A stretch of 64,000 nucleotides of DNA from Candidatus Hydrogenedentota bacterium (GCA_012730045.1 JAAYBR010000002.1:28911-92910); one strand, 5' to 3'. Numbered from the stretch's first letter, positions 36,787-48,100 are shown. Notes: generated by a model not told the origin, from the sequence alone. Made by a program: numbers and translations.

Positions 36787-37863
36787 TCACCTAAAGAGGC
36801 GAAAACGCAACACCAGAAGAAGCGCCGCACCCGCCACCAGCACGCCTGCTATCAGGCCGCCGCGCATCCCGCGGGAGGGTGTCCCGCGGCCCGTGGCCGG
36901 TGTCCCGGCTTCTCCGGAGAATGTATGTGTGACCGTGTCTCCGTTAGCACGTCGTTCAATTGTCAAAGAGCGCGGCGCGTCTTCCACGCGCCCCATATCC
37001 AAGTCTTCCCGCGCCGCAGTGTCTCCCGCGGCAACCGTCGGACCGGTTTCGGGAACGCCTTCGCCCGCGAGGCGGCTTTCGCCCGCCTGCTCTCTTAGAG
37101 CGGCAACGGCGTCCCGCATTTCTGCGCCTGATGTGGGAACGGGTCCGGCGTCCGGGCCGTCGGCGGCCTTCTCGGGGACCTCCCGCCCTTCTGAGGGCGC
37201 AACCGGCACTGCCGCCACGCCTTCCCCGGCCAGGGTGGTCAGCCGCCCCGGTTGGACTCCGTTGGACGGTTTGTCTTCCGGGTCGGCGGGAACGGGCGGC
37301 TCCTCGGGCGTTTCACCCTCCGGAGTGTCCTCCCCTTCTTCGGTGTCTTCCCGTTCTGGCAGGGACACTGCAACCGCCCCCCCCTCAGAGGGGAGCGCCT
37401 TGCCGTCCCACGAGGCCAGTGTGGGCTGCTGCACCGCGACCGTGGTCACCCCCCCGTCCTGTCCTCCAATTCGCCGCAACAGCACCACGGCAACCAGACC
37501 ATCTTCCAACGCTGTCTGGTTGAGGCCGAGGACCACCACAATGAACCTGCCCGGCTCTGCGGCGTTGGCGGTGACCACCTTGCCCGCCTGCAGGGCGGCC
37601 GGTCCCGGTTCTGCGGCGACCGGCTCAAACACGGCCGGATCGAAGACAAGATGGAAATCCAAGGCCGCCACCTGGTTCTCACTTCCGGAAAGAAGAAGGG
37701 GTACCTGACATTCCCACTCTTCAACTGTAACCGCACCCGGCTGGACACTGCCTGCCCACCCTCCGGATGCCACAGCGATAATCAGGACAAACCCGAAAAC
37801 CACTGACTCACCCACACCTCGGCTGCCCCGCTGTTTCGGGGCCACGTCCCTAGTGTATCGCAT
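36787..37863 (-). CDS. secreted cohesin-domain-like protein with acidic Pro/Glu-rich linker and C-terminal hydrophobic helix plus basic tail anchor
   Basis: Signal, cohesin-like beta-sandwich motifs (…ALDFHLVFDPAVFEPV…TANAAEPGRFIVVVLG…) and C-terminus …RGGLIAGVLVAGAALLLVLRFRLFR. Confidence 0.6.
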   Translation of the reverse strand: MRYTRDVAPKQRGSRGVGESVVFGFVLIIAVASGGWAGSVQPGAVTVEEWECQVPLLLSGSENQVAALDFHLVFDPAVFEPVAAEPGPAALQAGKVVTANAAEPGRFIVVVLGLNQTALEDGLVAVVLLRRIGGQDGGVTTVAVQQPTLASWDGKALPSEGGAVAVSLPEREDTEEGEDTPEGETPEEPPVPADPEDKPSNGVQPGRLTTLAGEGVAAVPVAPSEGREVPEKAADGPDAGPVPTSGAEMRDAVAALREQAGESRLAGEGVPETGPTVAAGDTAAREDLDMGRVEDAPRSLTIERRANGDTVTHTFSGEAGTPATGRGTPSRGMRGGLIAGVLVAGAALLLVLRFRLFR

Positions 37864-38064
37864 ATGCCTTGGGAACGCAATGGATTGAGGCCGGGTTAAC
37901 CGATGGACTAGAGACGCCATAAGTCTTTTCTCTACAAGTGGATGCATGGATGCAGAGGCGAAAAACGACCCATTGTCTCCGGGCGGGCATGACACCTTCT
38001 ACGGATGCCCGTGCGCCTTATTTGTAATCTGGATTACACAAATGAATCCCGGCACGAAGGCCGG

Positions 38065-38676
38065 CTAGTGCCCTTCATCGGCGGAAGAATCCCCCCCTTT
38101 TCTGGAAATCATCGCCTCGTTGGTTTCGGATTTCGCGTCCCCAGCGGGCGCGCCGCGCCGTCCCCCGGAGAGAAACGTGGGCATCCGCCGAAACACCTCC
38201 GCGTTGCCGCCGAGATAGTAGCGGAGAAGCAGGAAGGCCAGATAGAGCCAGAGAATGCCCTTGGACGCCAGTGTGCCCATAATTAACCAGCGGAGCACGG
38301 GCGAGGCGATCAGCACCAGATCCCGCTGCTCCTCCAGGGGGAAGGGCATGAATGCGATGAGCCCGAGCAGCCCCGCCTGCACCCCCTTGTCCCCCGCCTC
38401 CGGCCCGGAGTCCCCCCCCTCCCTGCATCGGAAGGCCACGAAGACTCCCAAGAAGGCGGACAGGGCGAGGGTGACCAGCCAGGCATTGTTGATGAGGGCA
38501 TTGATGGTGGAGACCCGGCCCGCCTCCCGCAGAAGGTCGAAGGCCGCGTCCGGCGCAAGGCCGGCGGCGAACAGGGGGATCCACGCGGCCAGCGCGGGCG
38601 CGCGCCACCAGTCGGGCGATTGCGGGTGTGTGTCCAATGCAGGCGGACTCCTTGGCCCCCGGGCGGGCCCCGTCAT
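38065..38676 (-). CDS. hypothetical integral membrane protein (about 5 TM helices; Yip1-like topology). Start uncertain
   Basis: Hydrophobicity pattern only. Confidence 0.45.
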   Translation of the reverse strand: MTGPARGPRSPPALDTHPQSPDWWRAPALAAWIPLFAAGLAPDAAFDLLREAGRVSTINALINNAWLVTLALSAFLGVFVAFRCREGGDSGPEAGDKGVQAGLLGLIAFMPFPLEEQRDLVLIASPVLRWLIMGTLASKGILWLYLAFLLLRYYLGGNAEVFRRMPTFLSGGRRGAPAGDAKSETNEAMISRKGGDSSADEGH

Positions 38677-38738
38677 TGGAACAGACCGGCGGCGCGCAAG
38701 TCAAACGGGTTCGCCGCGCGCGGGGCCGTTCGGGTAAA

Positions 38739-40136
38739 ATGCGCGCCATGGCCCCCCGTGACGACAAACCGCTTTCCGTGACCGAACTGACCCGCAGGAT
38801 CAAGCTGCTCCTGGAGCGGGAGGTCGGGGCGGTGTGGGTGGCGGGGGAAATCTCCAACTGGCGGGTGGCCGCGTCGGGCCACGCCTATTTCACCCTCAAG
38901 GACGCGCAGGCGCAGATAGACGCCGTGATGTGGAAGGGGACGCTGTCGCGGGCGCGGTTCGAGCCGGAGAACGGGCTGGAAGTGCTGGCGCAGGGCCAGG
39001 TCACGGTGTACGAGCGGCAGGGCCGCCACCAGCTGGTGGTGTCCGACATGCAGCCGCGGGGACTGGGGGCGCTCCAGCTCCAGTTTGAGCGCCTGAAAGC
39101 GAGACTGCAGGCCGAGGGCATTTTCGACCCCGCCCTCAAGAAGCCCCTGCCCCTCCTGCCGCGCACCATCGGCATTGTGACATCGCCCACGGGCGCGGCG
39201 ATCCGCGACATGCTCAACGTGATCGGGCGCCGTTTCGCCAGCGTGCGCATCGTGCTGGCCCCCGCGCGGGTGCAGGGGGACGGCGCGGCGGCGGAGATCG
39301 CCGAGGGCATCCGGCGGCTGGACGCCTTCGGCGTGGACGTGATGATCGTGGGCCGCGGCGGCGGCTCGCTGGAGGATCTGTGGCCGTTCAACGAGGAGGC
39401 GGTGGTGCGGGCGGTGCACGGGGCGCGCACGCCGGTCATCTCCGCCGTGGGCCATGAGACGGATTTCACCCTGTGCGACTTCGCGGCGGACCTGCGCGCG
39501 CCGACGCCCTCCGCGGCGGCCGAGCTGGTGGTGCGGGAGCAGGCGGCGCTGCTGGAGCGGGTGACCGGGGCGCGCCAGCGCGCCCTGCGCGCCGTCCGGC
39601 GGGGGGCGGACGGGGCACGGATGCGGCTGGACCGCGCGGCGCGCCATTATCTTCTCCAGCGGCCCGATGAGCTGCTGCGCCAGGCGCGGCAGGAGGCCGA
39701 CAGCCTCCGGGAACGGCTCGAGGGGGCAATGGCGGGGCGGGTGGCGCTGCTCGCGCAGCGCCGCGAACGGGCGGCCCACGGCCTCGCGCTGCAGTCGCCG
39801 GCGCAGCGGCTGGCCCGGATGCGGGAACGCGGAACGGCCGCGGCGGCCCTGCTTTTCCGAAGAGGCGAGGCGCTGACAGCCGCGCCCCGCCGGGATCTGG
39901 GCGCGGCGGCGGGCCGCCTGAACGCGCTGAGCCCGCTGGGCATTCTGGAGCGGGGCTACGCCCTCGCCTGGCGGCTGCCGGAACGCGAACTCGTGCGCGA
40001 GGCCGCGGCGCTTTCCGTTTCGGACCGTTTGGAGCTGCGTTTTGGAACGGGCACCGCGGAGGTGTCGGTGGAAGAAGTCCGCCCCGCCCCGAAAGGAACG
40101 GAACACTCCGGGCCCTCCGGCCCGGGGCAAGACTAA
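38739..40136 (+). CDS. xseA: exodeoxyribonuclease VII large subunit
   Basis: OB-fold N-terminus (…VWVAGEISNW…HAYFTLKD…) and catalytic core (…IGIVTSPTGAAIRD…RGGGSLEDLW…); long coiled-coil C-terminus. Confidence 0.9.
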   Translation: MRAMAPRDDKPLSVTELTRRIKLLLEREVGAVWVAGEISNWRVAASGHAYFTLKDAQAQIDAVMWKGTLSRARFEPENGLEVLAQGQVTVYERQGRHQLVVSDMQPRGLGALQLQFERLKARLQAEGIFDPALKKPLPLLPRTIGIVTSPTGAAIRDMLNVIGRRFASVRIVLAPARVQGDGAAAEIAEGIRRLDAFGVDVMIVGRGGGSLEDLWPFNEEAVVRAVHGARTPVISAVGHETDFTLCDFAADLRAPTPSAAAELVVREQAALLERVTGARQRALRAVRRGADGARMRLDRAARHYLLQRPDELLRQARQEADSLRERLEGAMAGRVALLAQRRERAAHGLALQSPAQRLARMRERGTAAAALLFRRGEALTAAPRRDLGAAAGRLNALSPLGILERGYALAWRLPERELVREAAALSVSDRLELRFGTGTAEVSVEEVRPAPKGTEHSGPSGPGQD

Positions 40137-40150
40137 AGGAGACTGGTGTC

Positions 40151-40489
40151 ATGGCGAAGGGAAAGCGTGCGGAAGACTCGTTTGAAAAGGACCTGGAGCG
40201 GCTTGAGTCCATCGTGGCCGCGCTGGAGGAGGGGGGTGTGCCCCTGGAGGAGTCGCTCCGGCAGTTCGAGGAGGGGGTCCGGCTCGCGCGGAAGTGCGAT
40301 GAGGTGCTGAAGTCCGCCGAAAAACGGATTGAACTCCTCCTTAAGAACCGCGAGGGGGAACTGGAGACCGTCCCCTTCGCCGGGGACGACGCGCCCCCGC
40401 CCGCGGACACCGCGTCCGGGGAGGATGACGCCCCCTGGGATGAAGAAGGGGGGGACGGCGACGACGAGGAGAAGGAGCTCCTGTTTTGA
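40151..40489 (+). CDS. xseB: exodeoxyribonuclease VII small subunit
   Basis: …FEKDLERLESIVAALEEGGVPLEESLRQFEEGVRLARKC…; follows xseA; acidic C-terminal tail. Confidence 0.85.
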   Translation: MAKGKRAEDSFEKDLERLESIVAALEEGGVPLEESLRQFEEGVRLARKCDEVLKSAEKRIELLLKNREGELETVPFAGDDAPPPADTASGEDDAPWDEEGGDGDDEEKELLF

Positions 40490-41352
40490 GTGCGGCGGAG
40501 GATTTTCTGCGGGCGAAGTCGCTGCGGACCGATGAGGCGCTGCGGGGGGTGGTCGCCGGATGGCGGGGCGCGCCGCCGCGCCTGGTGGAGGCCGTGAGCC
40601 ACAGTCTCTTCGCCGGCGGGAAACGACTGCGCCCGGCGCTGGCCCTGGGCGCGTGCGAGCTGGTGTGCGGCGCGGACGTCCCCGCCCTGCCCGCCGCGTG
40701 CGCCCTGGAGATGATCCACACCTACAGCCTGATCCACGACGACCTGCCCGCCATGGACGACGACGACCTGCGGCGCGGGCGGCCCACCTGCCACAAGGTG
40801 TACGGGGAGGCCACGGCCATCCTCGCGGGGGACGCCCTGCTGACCATGGCCTTTGACACGGCCTCGGAAACGGAAAGCGTGGAGGTGGTCCGGGAACTGG
40901 CCCGGGCCGCCGGCATCTGCGGCATGGCGGGGGGCCAGCAGCTGGACATGGACGCCGAGGGGGAGGCCCTGACGCTGGACGAGCTGCGCCGGGTCCACGC
41001 GCTGAAAACGGGCGCGCTGATCCGGGCCGCCGCGCGCTGCGGGGCGCTCTGCGGGGGGGCGGACGCGGCGGGGACGGCGGCGCTGGCGGAGTATGGGGCG
41101 CGGCTGGGGCTCGCGTTTCAGATCACGGACGACATCCTGGACGTGACGGGGGACGCGGCGGCGCTGGGGAAGCGCACCGGGGCGGACGCGGCGCACACGA
41201 AGGCCACCTACCCGGCGCTGGCGGGACTGGAGGCCTCACGGCGTCTGGCGGAGGAGGCCGTGGCGGGGGCCGTGGCGGCGCTGGACGGGTTCGGGCCGGG
41301 GGCCGCCGCCCTGCGGGAGCTCGCCCTGTTCGTGCTGGGGCGCGACCGCTGA
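40486..41352 (+). CDS. ispA: polyprenyl diphosphate synthase (farnesyl/geranylgeranyl diphosphate synthase)
   Basis: FARM …LIHDDLPAMDDDDLRRG… and SARM …FQITDDILD…; TTG start overlaps the xseB stop; classic xseB-ispA linkage. Confidence 0.85.
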   Translation: MSAAEDFLRAKSLRTDEALRGVVAGWRGAPPRLVEAVSHSLFAGGKRLRPALALGACELVCGADVPALPAACALEMIHTYSLIHDDLPAMDDDDLRRGRPTCHKVYGEATAILAGDALLTMAFDTASETESVEVVRELARAAGICGMAGGQQLDMDAEGEALTLDELRRVHALKTGALIRAAARCGALCGGADAAGTAALAEYGARLGLAFQITDDILDVTGDAAALGKRTGADAAHTKATYPALAGLEASRRLAEEAVAGAVAALDGFGPGAAALRELALFVLGRDR

Positions 41353-41368
41353 GCGCGCCGGACGCGCG

Positions 41369-42547
41369 TCAGCCGAACACCTGGCGCATGCGGTCGCAGT
41401 AGTACCGCACGTTGTCGTATTCCGCGTCGGGGGCGATGCGGTGGTCCGGACAGGGGATGTAGCCGCCCAGGTCCACCAGGGGGCGCAGGCGTTCGATCTC
41501 GGCGTCCACGGCGGCGCGGTCGTGGCTGAAGACCACCTTGTTCATGCCGCCTACCCCGCGCAGTTCGCTTCCGTACTGTTTGCGCCACGGGGCGATGCTG
41601 GCGTTCCAGGTACCCACCTCGACGGGGAACATGGTGTTGACCCCGTTGTTGATCCACGTCGGCACGAGGGCGTCTATGCACCCGTCGCAGTCGAGGGAGA
41701 TGACGGAGACGCCGTGGTCCCGCAGCAGCCCCGTGACCCGCCGGTAGTGCGGCCCGACCAGGTCCTCGAACAGGGACGGAATGATGAGGGGGCCGTTCTT
41801 GAAGCAGATGTCCTCCCAGAAATGCCCGAAGTCGAAGAGCGCCCCCTGCTCCAGCGCAAACCTGGTGTTCTGGTAGGACAGCTCGGCGATGGTGTCTATG
41901 ATCTCCACGAAGAGGTCCATGTCCTCGGCGAAAAGGGTGCTCTGCGCGCCGATGATGTCGCGCACGTATCCGTAGAGGCTGCCGCAGAAAAGGCCGTAGG
42001 CGTATTCACGCCCGGGCCGGCGCAGCCAGTCGAGCCCGCCCGCGTCGAAGCGGACACGCTCCCCCGCGTCCGTGGTGACCCAGGACTTCAGCACGCGGTC
42101 CGGGTGCCACTGGAACCGGTGGCGGTAGTGTTCCTCCCAGTCGGCGCGGGTCTTCAGGGTGTGGTCGAATTCCATCGGGATGGAGCGGGTTCCCGGCTTC
42201 TCCAGGATGACCACCCCCTGCGGATTGAGGGCTTTGCGCGACCCGTCCGGGAACTCCTCCAGAATGCGCGGCTCGAATTCCGGCATCAGGTTGGCATTGG
42301 GGGAAAAGTGGGAGGCCCAGTTGAAGTCGAACCCTAGAATGCCGCAGAGCCGCCGGTCCGCGGCGTTCCCGTCGGCATGGCCCTCCGCGTCCGCCGCGGT
42401 GAGGCGGCCCTCGTCCACCCATTTCTGGAGGGTTTCCCCCCAGAAGCCGAAATGGACGACGGGCATACGGTCATGGGGCTGATAATTCAGCACCGCCAGG
42501 GCGCGCTCTCGGTGGTTCATGGGGGGCAACTCCGGATTCAGGGACAT
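41369..42547 (-). CDS. uroporphyrinogen-decarboxylase (URO-D) family protein (MtaA/CmuA-like fold; function unassigned)
   Basis: Size and TIM-barrel URO-D-like pattern; assigned at family level only. Confidence 0.65.
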   Translation of the reverse strand: MSLNPELPPMNHRERALAVLNYQPHDRMPVVHFGFWGETLQKWVDEGRLTAADAEGHADGNAADRRLCGILGFDFNWASHFSPNANLMPEFEPRILEEFPDGSRKALNPQGVVILEKPGTRSIPMEFDHTLKTRADWEEHYRHRFQWHPDRVLKSWVTTDAGERVRFDAGGLDWLRRPGREYAYGLFCGSLYGYVRDIIGAQSTLFAEDMDLFVEIIDTIAELSYQNTRFALEQGALFDFGHFWEDICFKNGPLIIPSLFEDLVGPHYRRVTGLLRDHGVSVISLDCDGCIDALVPTWINNGVNTMFPVEVGTWNASIAPWRKQYGSELRGVGGMNKVVFSHDRAAVDAEIERLRPLVDLGGYIPCPDHRIAPDAEYDNVRYYCDRMRQVFG

Positions 42548-42617
42548 CCCTTGAAACGCAGGCCCCTCCGGCGGTCACCGAAGGGGCCTGGCTTGTCATG
42601 CGATGTTGGGACGGGGC

Positions 42618-45113
42618 TCACTTGCCGGCGGAGGCGCGCTGCCCTTCCCTGACCAGCTTTCGGACAGCCGTCAGGTACTGCTCCAGGGGCACTGCGGTGG
42701 GCACCAGACCGGCGTCGGGCGCCGCGTCCGCGTCGGCGGCCTTCGCCGGGGCAGAGATGTCCAGCGCGGCTTTCAGGAACGGGTCCGTCACCTGGACAAC
42801 CTTCGCGTCCGCCGACTTCTTCTCGGATTTCTCTTCCGCCGCCTCTTCCTCTTCCTCCTCCGCCGGCGCCGGCGCGGGGGTGATCACCTGCTTTCCCCGG
42901 TCGCCGCCGTAAAGGACCAGGCCCCGGTCGCGGCGGACCATGTAGAAGACGGCCTCCTCACCGGCGGTGAACTTGGGGATCCCGCTGGCGGACATGACGA
43001 ACCCGTCCATCTGGCCGCCAATGACGGAGAAGGAGACCTGGGAACCCACATTGATGTCGCCCTTCTCCACCCGGCTCACCTCCACGACAACATCGGTGAA
43101 GATGCGCGTGCTGGGCGGGGCGCTGGTGGGGGGGTACCAGCGGGCCTGGGTGGAGAGAACCTTGCCGACGAAGATGTCCGAGACGTTCGCCGTGAAGTCG
43201 GCGGCGGAGATGGGAAGCATCTGCGCCCCCGCGCCGAAACCGAACAGGAGCACGGCACCCGCAAGCGCCAGCGCGGCCGCTTTCCGGGCCTTCAGCAGAC
43301 GGACGCGGGACCACGCAGCCCCCGCAAGAGCCAGCCCCGCCAGGAGCATCCAGTGCGCCATAACCCACTCCGTTGCCGCCGCGGTCCGGCGGAAGGCCTC
43401 CAGTGCCGACGGGTTGCGGACGAGCATCCGCGCCACGGCCGGCGCCGCCGTGTAATACAGGTCCACGAGCGCGGTGCCCGCGGCCGACTTCATCAGGAAC
43501 CCGTCGCGGAAGGCGCGCAGGCGCTTGGAGGACAGCACGGTGGTCACGTCAATGTTGCCCGTGTCAATGCCGCCGGTGCCGCCGATGCCGTCCAGAACGT
43601 TCATGGGGCAGACATCGTTCGGATCGCCGAACATGGGCCGGTTGAGCGGCAGCATGGAGGGAAGCGTCTTCCCGGATATCTGGCTCACCACCTTGTTCTT
43701 CCTGAAGTCCCACACGAGGGGCGTGCCCGCGGCGTTGTTCTCAATGCCGTAGATGTTGCCGTCCTCGTTGAAGACCTCCGAGGGGTAGTTGCTGGCGAAC
43801 TCCGTCTCAGCGCGGACGTTGGTCGTGAAACTGACGGGAAGACTTCCCTGAAGGGTGTCACAGGAGCCGGCGGTCATGCCCGCGGGGGCCTGCCGCTCGA
43901 CCCCGCCACCGGTCAGGGGATTCATGGTCATCACATAGGTCGGCTCGAACATGGCGCCGGCGCCGGAGGGGATCTCCAGCTGCTTCCACATGCCCGGCAG
44001 GTAAAACTTCCCGACGAGGTTGGTGTTGGTGTAGAGCGTGTAGAGGCCGCTCATGGTGCTGAACAGCGGAATCCGCTGCCCGTTGCCGCCGTTGCTGACA
44101 TCGGCCCAGGCCACGATGTGCGCCCCGGAAACGGGGGAGGACGGGATGCCCGTGCCCCGGCGCGTGTGGGTCCGCGCCTCCTGCGACACCAGGAAGAAGT
44201 TCTCCTGTCCATCCTCCCGCGGGTAGAGCCAGGAAACGCCGGAGATGTCGTCCGGGGCGAGGTCCTTGGATCCGAAGGTCTGCGTGCCCGACAGATCCTC
44301 GGTCAGGAAAAGCATGGAGAACATGCTGGGCGTCGCGCCGACCATGCGGGCAACGCCGTCGGGACCGGTGAACTGAAGCACGGGCGACTCAGTGGGGATT
44401 CCCAGGGCGTCCGCATCAACGGGGCCCACGTTGTTAAGGGGGGTCAGACCCAGGCCGAGCATGAGGCCGGAGGCGGTGACGATGGAGGCGGTCAGATCAA
44501 GGGCGCCAATGCTGGACAGCGCGCTCGCCGACCGGTGCACGGACGCGTTCACGATGATGTCCGAGTCCAGGATGTTCCCGGCGGGCACAGTGACAACGGA
44601 CCCGCCGCTGGTGATGGGCACGTCGGTGATGGCGTAGAGCGTGAGCACCAGTCCGGCCAGGGCCTCCACCTCCGGGAGGATAAAACCGACATCGTCCGGC
44701 TCAATGTTGCTGGACCCGTCGGGAACGCTGGTCACCTGCATGAACACCGTGGGCAGATAGTCGGGGGTGGTGTATCCGGGGACGATCGGGTCCTCAATGG
44801 GGCCGACGAAACGGAAGGAGGCATAGCTGCTGGGCACGTCGGCCCACACCTGGAACCCCGCCTTCATCCGTTCGACCTCGTCGGCGGTGAAGCCCCGGGG
44901 GCCTCCCTCGTAGCGGATCTCCAGGCCCTCGCCCGGCTCGATCACGCCGTTGTTGTTCGTGTCGAAGTCCTGGGCGGGCCACACGGCATACCGGACCTGC
45001 CCGAACTGGTTAAACCCGCCGACCGGAAAGAAGGCCGCCGCGTTTGGCGCGACCGCCAGCGCGGCCAGCGCGCAACACCCCGCCAGGAGGGCTATCTGTC
45101 TGCCTTTGCTCAC
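42618..45113 (-). CDS. hypothetical secreted protein (about 831 aa) with an internal hydrophobic helix plus basic stretch separating two extracytoplasmic-looking halves
   Basis: GTG start followed by signal …IALLAGCCALAALAVAPNAAA. Mid-protein …HWMLLAGLALAGAAWSRVRLLKARK is immediately followed by a second signal-like AAALALAGAVLLFGFGAGAQM. The C-terminal part contains an (E)6-rich linker. Confidence 0.55.
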   Translation of the reverse strand: MSKGRQIALLAGCCALAALAVAPNAAAFFPVGGFNQFGQVRYAVWPAQDFDTNNNGVIEPGEGLEIRYEGGPRGFTADEVERMKAGFQVWADVPSSYASFRFVGPIEDPIVPGYTTPDYLPTVFMQVTSVPDGSSNIEPDDVGFILPEVEALAGLVLTLYAITDVPITSGGSVVTVPAGNILDSDIIVNASVHRSASALSSIGALDLTASIVTASGLMLGLGLTPLNNVGPVDADALGIPTESPVLQFTGPDGVARMVGATPSMFSMLFLTEDLSGTQTFGSKDLAPDDISGVSWLYPREDGQENFFLVSQEARTHTRRGTGIPSSPVSGAHIVAWADVSNGGNGQRIPLFSTMSGLYTLYTNTNLVGKFYLPGMWKQLEIPSGAGAMFEPTYVMTMNPLTGGGVERQAPAGMTAGSCDTLQGSLPVSFTTNVRAETEFASNYPSEVFNEDGNIYGIENNAAGTPLVWDFRKNKVVSQISGKTLPSMLPLNRPMFGDPNDVCPMNVLDGIGGTGGIDTGNIDVTTVLSSKRLRAFRDGFLMKSAAGTALVDLYYTAAPAVARMLVRNPSALEAFRRTAAATEWVMAHWMLLAGLALAGAAWSRVRLLKARKAAALALAGAVLLFGFGAGAQMLPISAADFTANVSDIFVGKVLSTQARWYPPTSAPPSTRIFTDVVVEVSRVEKGDINVGSQVSFSVIGGQMDGFVMSASGIPKFTAGEEAVFYMVRRDRGLVLYGGDRGKQVITPAPAPAEEEEEEAAEEKSEKKSADAKVVQVTDPFLKAALDISAPAKAADADAAPDAGLVPTAVPLEQYLTAVRKLVREGQRASAGK

Positions 45114-45190
45114 CGTACCTGTTCCTTTCCATTTTCCGGGCGGCGCGCCGCGCCGGAAGCCACAACCTCTCGCAAGACGTCCCCGGCGCG

Positions 45191-48100
45191 TCACCCGCGG
45201 CCCGCGGCCCGGCGCCGCCGGCCCGCCAGTGCGAGCAGACCGGCCGCGGCCAGCATCACCGCCGCATCGGCCCAGGACGTCCCCGAAGCCGTTCCGGGGG
45301 CGCATCCGATATAGCCGAGGAACTTGTTTCTGTTGTCGTCGTTGACGTACTCAAAGCCGTCCACAAGGATGTCCTCCTTGTTCTTGGCGGCGTTGCCCAC
45401 CTTGACATCCATTTTTCCGGTCTGGGCCATGCCGCCGACGGGGAACCCGACCACGAGGCGGGTGCCGTCGGGCGATCCGCCGATGACGGGCATGAGCGTC
45501 TTCCCGAAGTAGACCTGCGCCGACTGCACATCGCCAAGGTCCTCGCCGTACAGGGTGACGGGGAACTTCTTGCGCGAGGCGCGCTTCGGGTCAACGCGCA
45601 GCACCTTCGGGCTGCGCTCGGGCGTTCCGGGCGACAGCGAGAAGAGGTCCGAACGGCTGACCTCCTGCCCAGTGGCCGTGTTCCGGACGAGGAGCACGAT
45701 GGGCTCCACGGGCGGATCGTCGGACCGCGAGCTGACGGACAGGCTGATGGTGGTGTTCGTGGCGCCGGTCACGACGACGTCGTAGCCGCTCATGACCACC
45801 ACGGGCCGCGTGCCGAAGTTCTGGCCGTAGATCACGAAGCGGAACGGCTCGCCGGGCAGCGTCTGCGAGGGCAGCTCGGCCTGCGACACCGAGTCAATGG
45901 CGATGGTGGTCGGGCCCACCACGCGCGCCCGCGCCTCGAGCACGCCGGAAAGCTGCTTCTTCATCGTGTGGGACCGGATCCAGTTGAAGCCGCTGCTGTC
46001 CGGGCGGACCCCCGCCTTGGCGCCGTCCATCCAGTAATAGGCGGGCGGCGTGCGGAAGAAGGTCACGAACCCGAGGCCGCGCTGCGCCCACTGGAACTCG
46101 CGGAACTTGCGGAAGTCGTTGCGGTCCTCGCCGGGGAGGTTGGCCCACGTGTCGGGATCGGGCTCTGTCGGGGTGTTCGGACCCCACGAGACGATGCCGG
46201 CGCGGAAGCTGTCGCCCTCCTGCATGCCCTGGGCCGCGCGGACCACGACGAAGAAATCAGGGCCGTAGTCCAGGTCGTTGATGGAGACGCCGAAGGTCGG
46301 CTGAATCCACTGGCGGTTCCGCGACTGCTGCTCGCGCGGCAGCGGCTGGTCATCCGTGCCCGGGGTCGAGAAGACGAACCGGACCTGGATGTCGTCGGCG
46401 GTCTGCCCGGTGAAACGCGGCGGCCCGTCGAGCTGGATCGGGATGTCAATGCCGGGGTCGAAGTACCCGTTGCGGTTCTCGGGATGGTTGTCGTTGTCCC
46501 GGTAGAGGGCCACGCCGCTGATCCGCTGGTCCCTGCTCAGGGGAAGCAGGTCGGTCAGCGGGTTGAAGATGGCGTTGGCGCCGTTCTGGTACAGCTCGAC
46601 GGTCAGCTCCTCGAGGAACGACGGATCGCGCACGACGCGCCAGGCGCCGTTGCGCGGCGTCCCCGCGCGCAGCGTCAGCTCGTTCGCGGAGTTTCCGAGA
46701 ATCTCGTAGGTCTCGTACCCCGAGTCCACCAGCCAGTCGCCGGCAAGGGCGCCCGGCACCCACGCCGCCGAGGGCACGCGGTACCCGGACACGAGACCGA
46801 TGCCGCCGTTGCCCGCAGCAAGGATGTCGCCAGGGCGGTTCGTGGCCAGGTCGAGCCCGAGCACGGGAACGGCCTCGCCGCCGATGTTCAGCTTGGCGTT
46901 GCGGTTGGTAAGGTCCACCATGCGGACCGGGACGTTGACTTCCAGCATGTCATGCCCGTAGAAGTCCTGGACCGGGTCCTCGTCGGGGCTCGACTTGACG
47001 AAGGCCGTGCCGCTGGTGTTGACCGAGGGGAAGAACTGGATGCCGCCGCGGCGCTGGTTGTCGGGCCGCGTGGGCAGGTTGGCGGGGATGACGGCGCGAA
47101 TCTTCGAGAAGCGCGCCACGCTGTCCGAGGTGCTGATCGAGATGAACAGGTCGTCGCCGGGCTGGAGCACCTCGGGATCGAGGGCCTTCGCGCCGGGGGC
47201 CGCCTGCTGCACCCCGTTCACCTGGAGCGCGGTGGAGACGGGGCCCGCCCCCGCCGCCTTGTTGTCGTTGGGAATCTCGAAGTCGAACTCGTACCCGTCC
47301 AGGCGCGGCACCGTCCAGTTGCTCCTGGGATACAGCGTGAGCACCCAGGCCCGGTCGGCGTCGTCCACGATGCCGTTGCCGTCCATGTCGTCCGCACGGC
47401 CGTCCCCGTCGAGGTCCACCAGTTCGGGCTGGGACGCCCACTTGACGTTGGTCACGGGGACAATCCTGTCAAGCAGGGGAAGCGCGGCGCCGCTGCCGGC
47501 GTAGTTGTTCAAGTCCTGCGTGTTGAGGAAGATGCCGTTCTGGTCGGCGTCCTCCCACAACAGCACGCCGGAATCCAAGCTCTGGTTGTCGTTGGTGTCC
47601 GGGTCAAGCGTCCGGAGCATCGCCGGGGTAAAGTCCGGTCCCCAGAAGGCAACCGTGATCTGGCTGACGGCCACCGGCTCGCCGGTCGAGGTGACAATCG
47701 GGTCGGAGGATGCGACCAGGTTCATACCCAGCATGGGCATATGCGCGCTGTTGCCGTCCACTTTCTGGGCGAGCAGACGCGCGCCCGCGTTGGCGGACCG
47801 CCACTGGCTGGCCCGCGGATACTCGCCGGGGAGCAGCTCGGCGCTCCAGGTGCTGTAGCGGGGCAGCGCGGGCTGCTGCGGCGGCACGGGGTATGCCGAG
47901 GAACGCGGCCCGACAGGCGGCGCGTCACCAAGGGTGGACAGCGGACTGAAGAACGGCACCGTCTCGTAGGCGAACTGCCCCCAGCGTCCGGTGTCATCGT
48001 AGAGGAAGTTGACCTGGAAGAGGCCGAAGTCCACCACGCGCGCGCCAAAGAGACGCCAGTCGCGCACGTCCACCGTGTGGCCGTTCTCGAACTTGATCTG

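Noticed and set aside
38673-40130. 485-aa minus-strand ORF
   Set aside because: Antisense to xseA.
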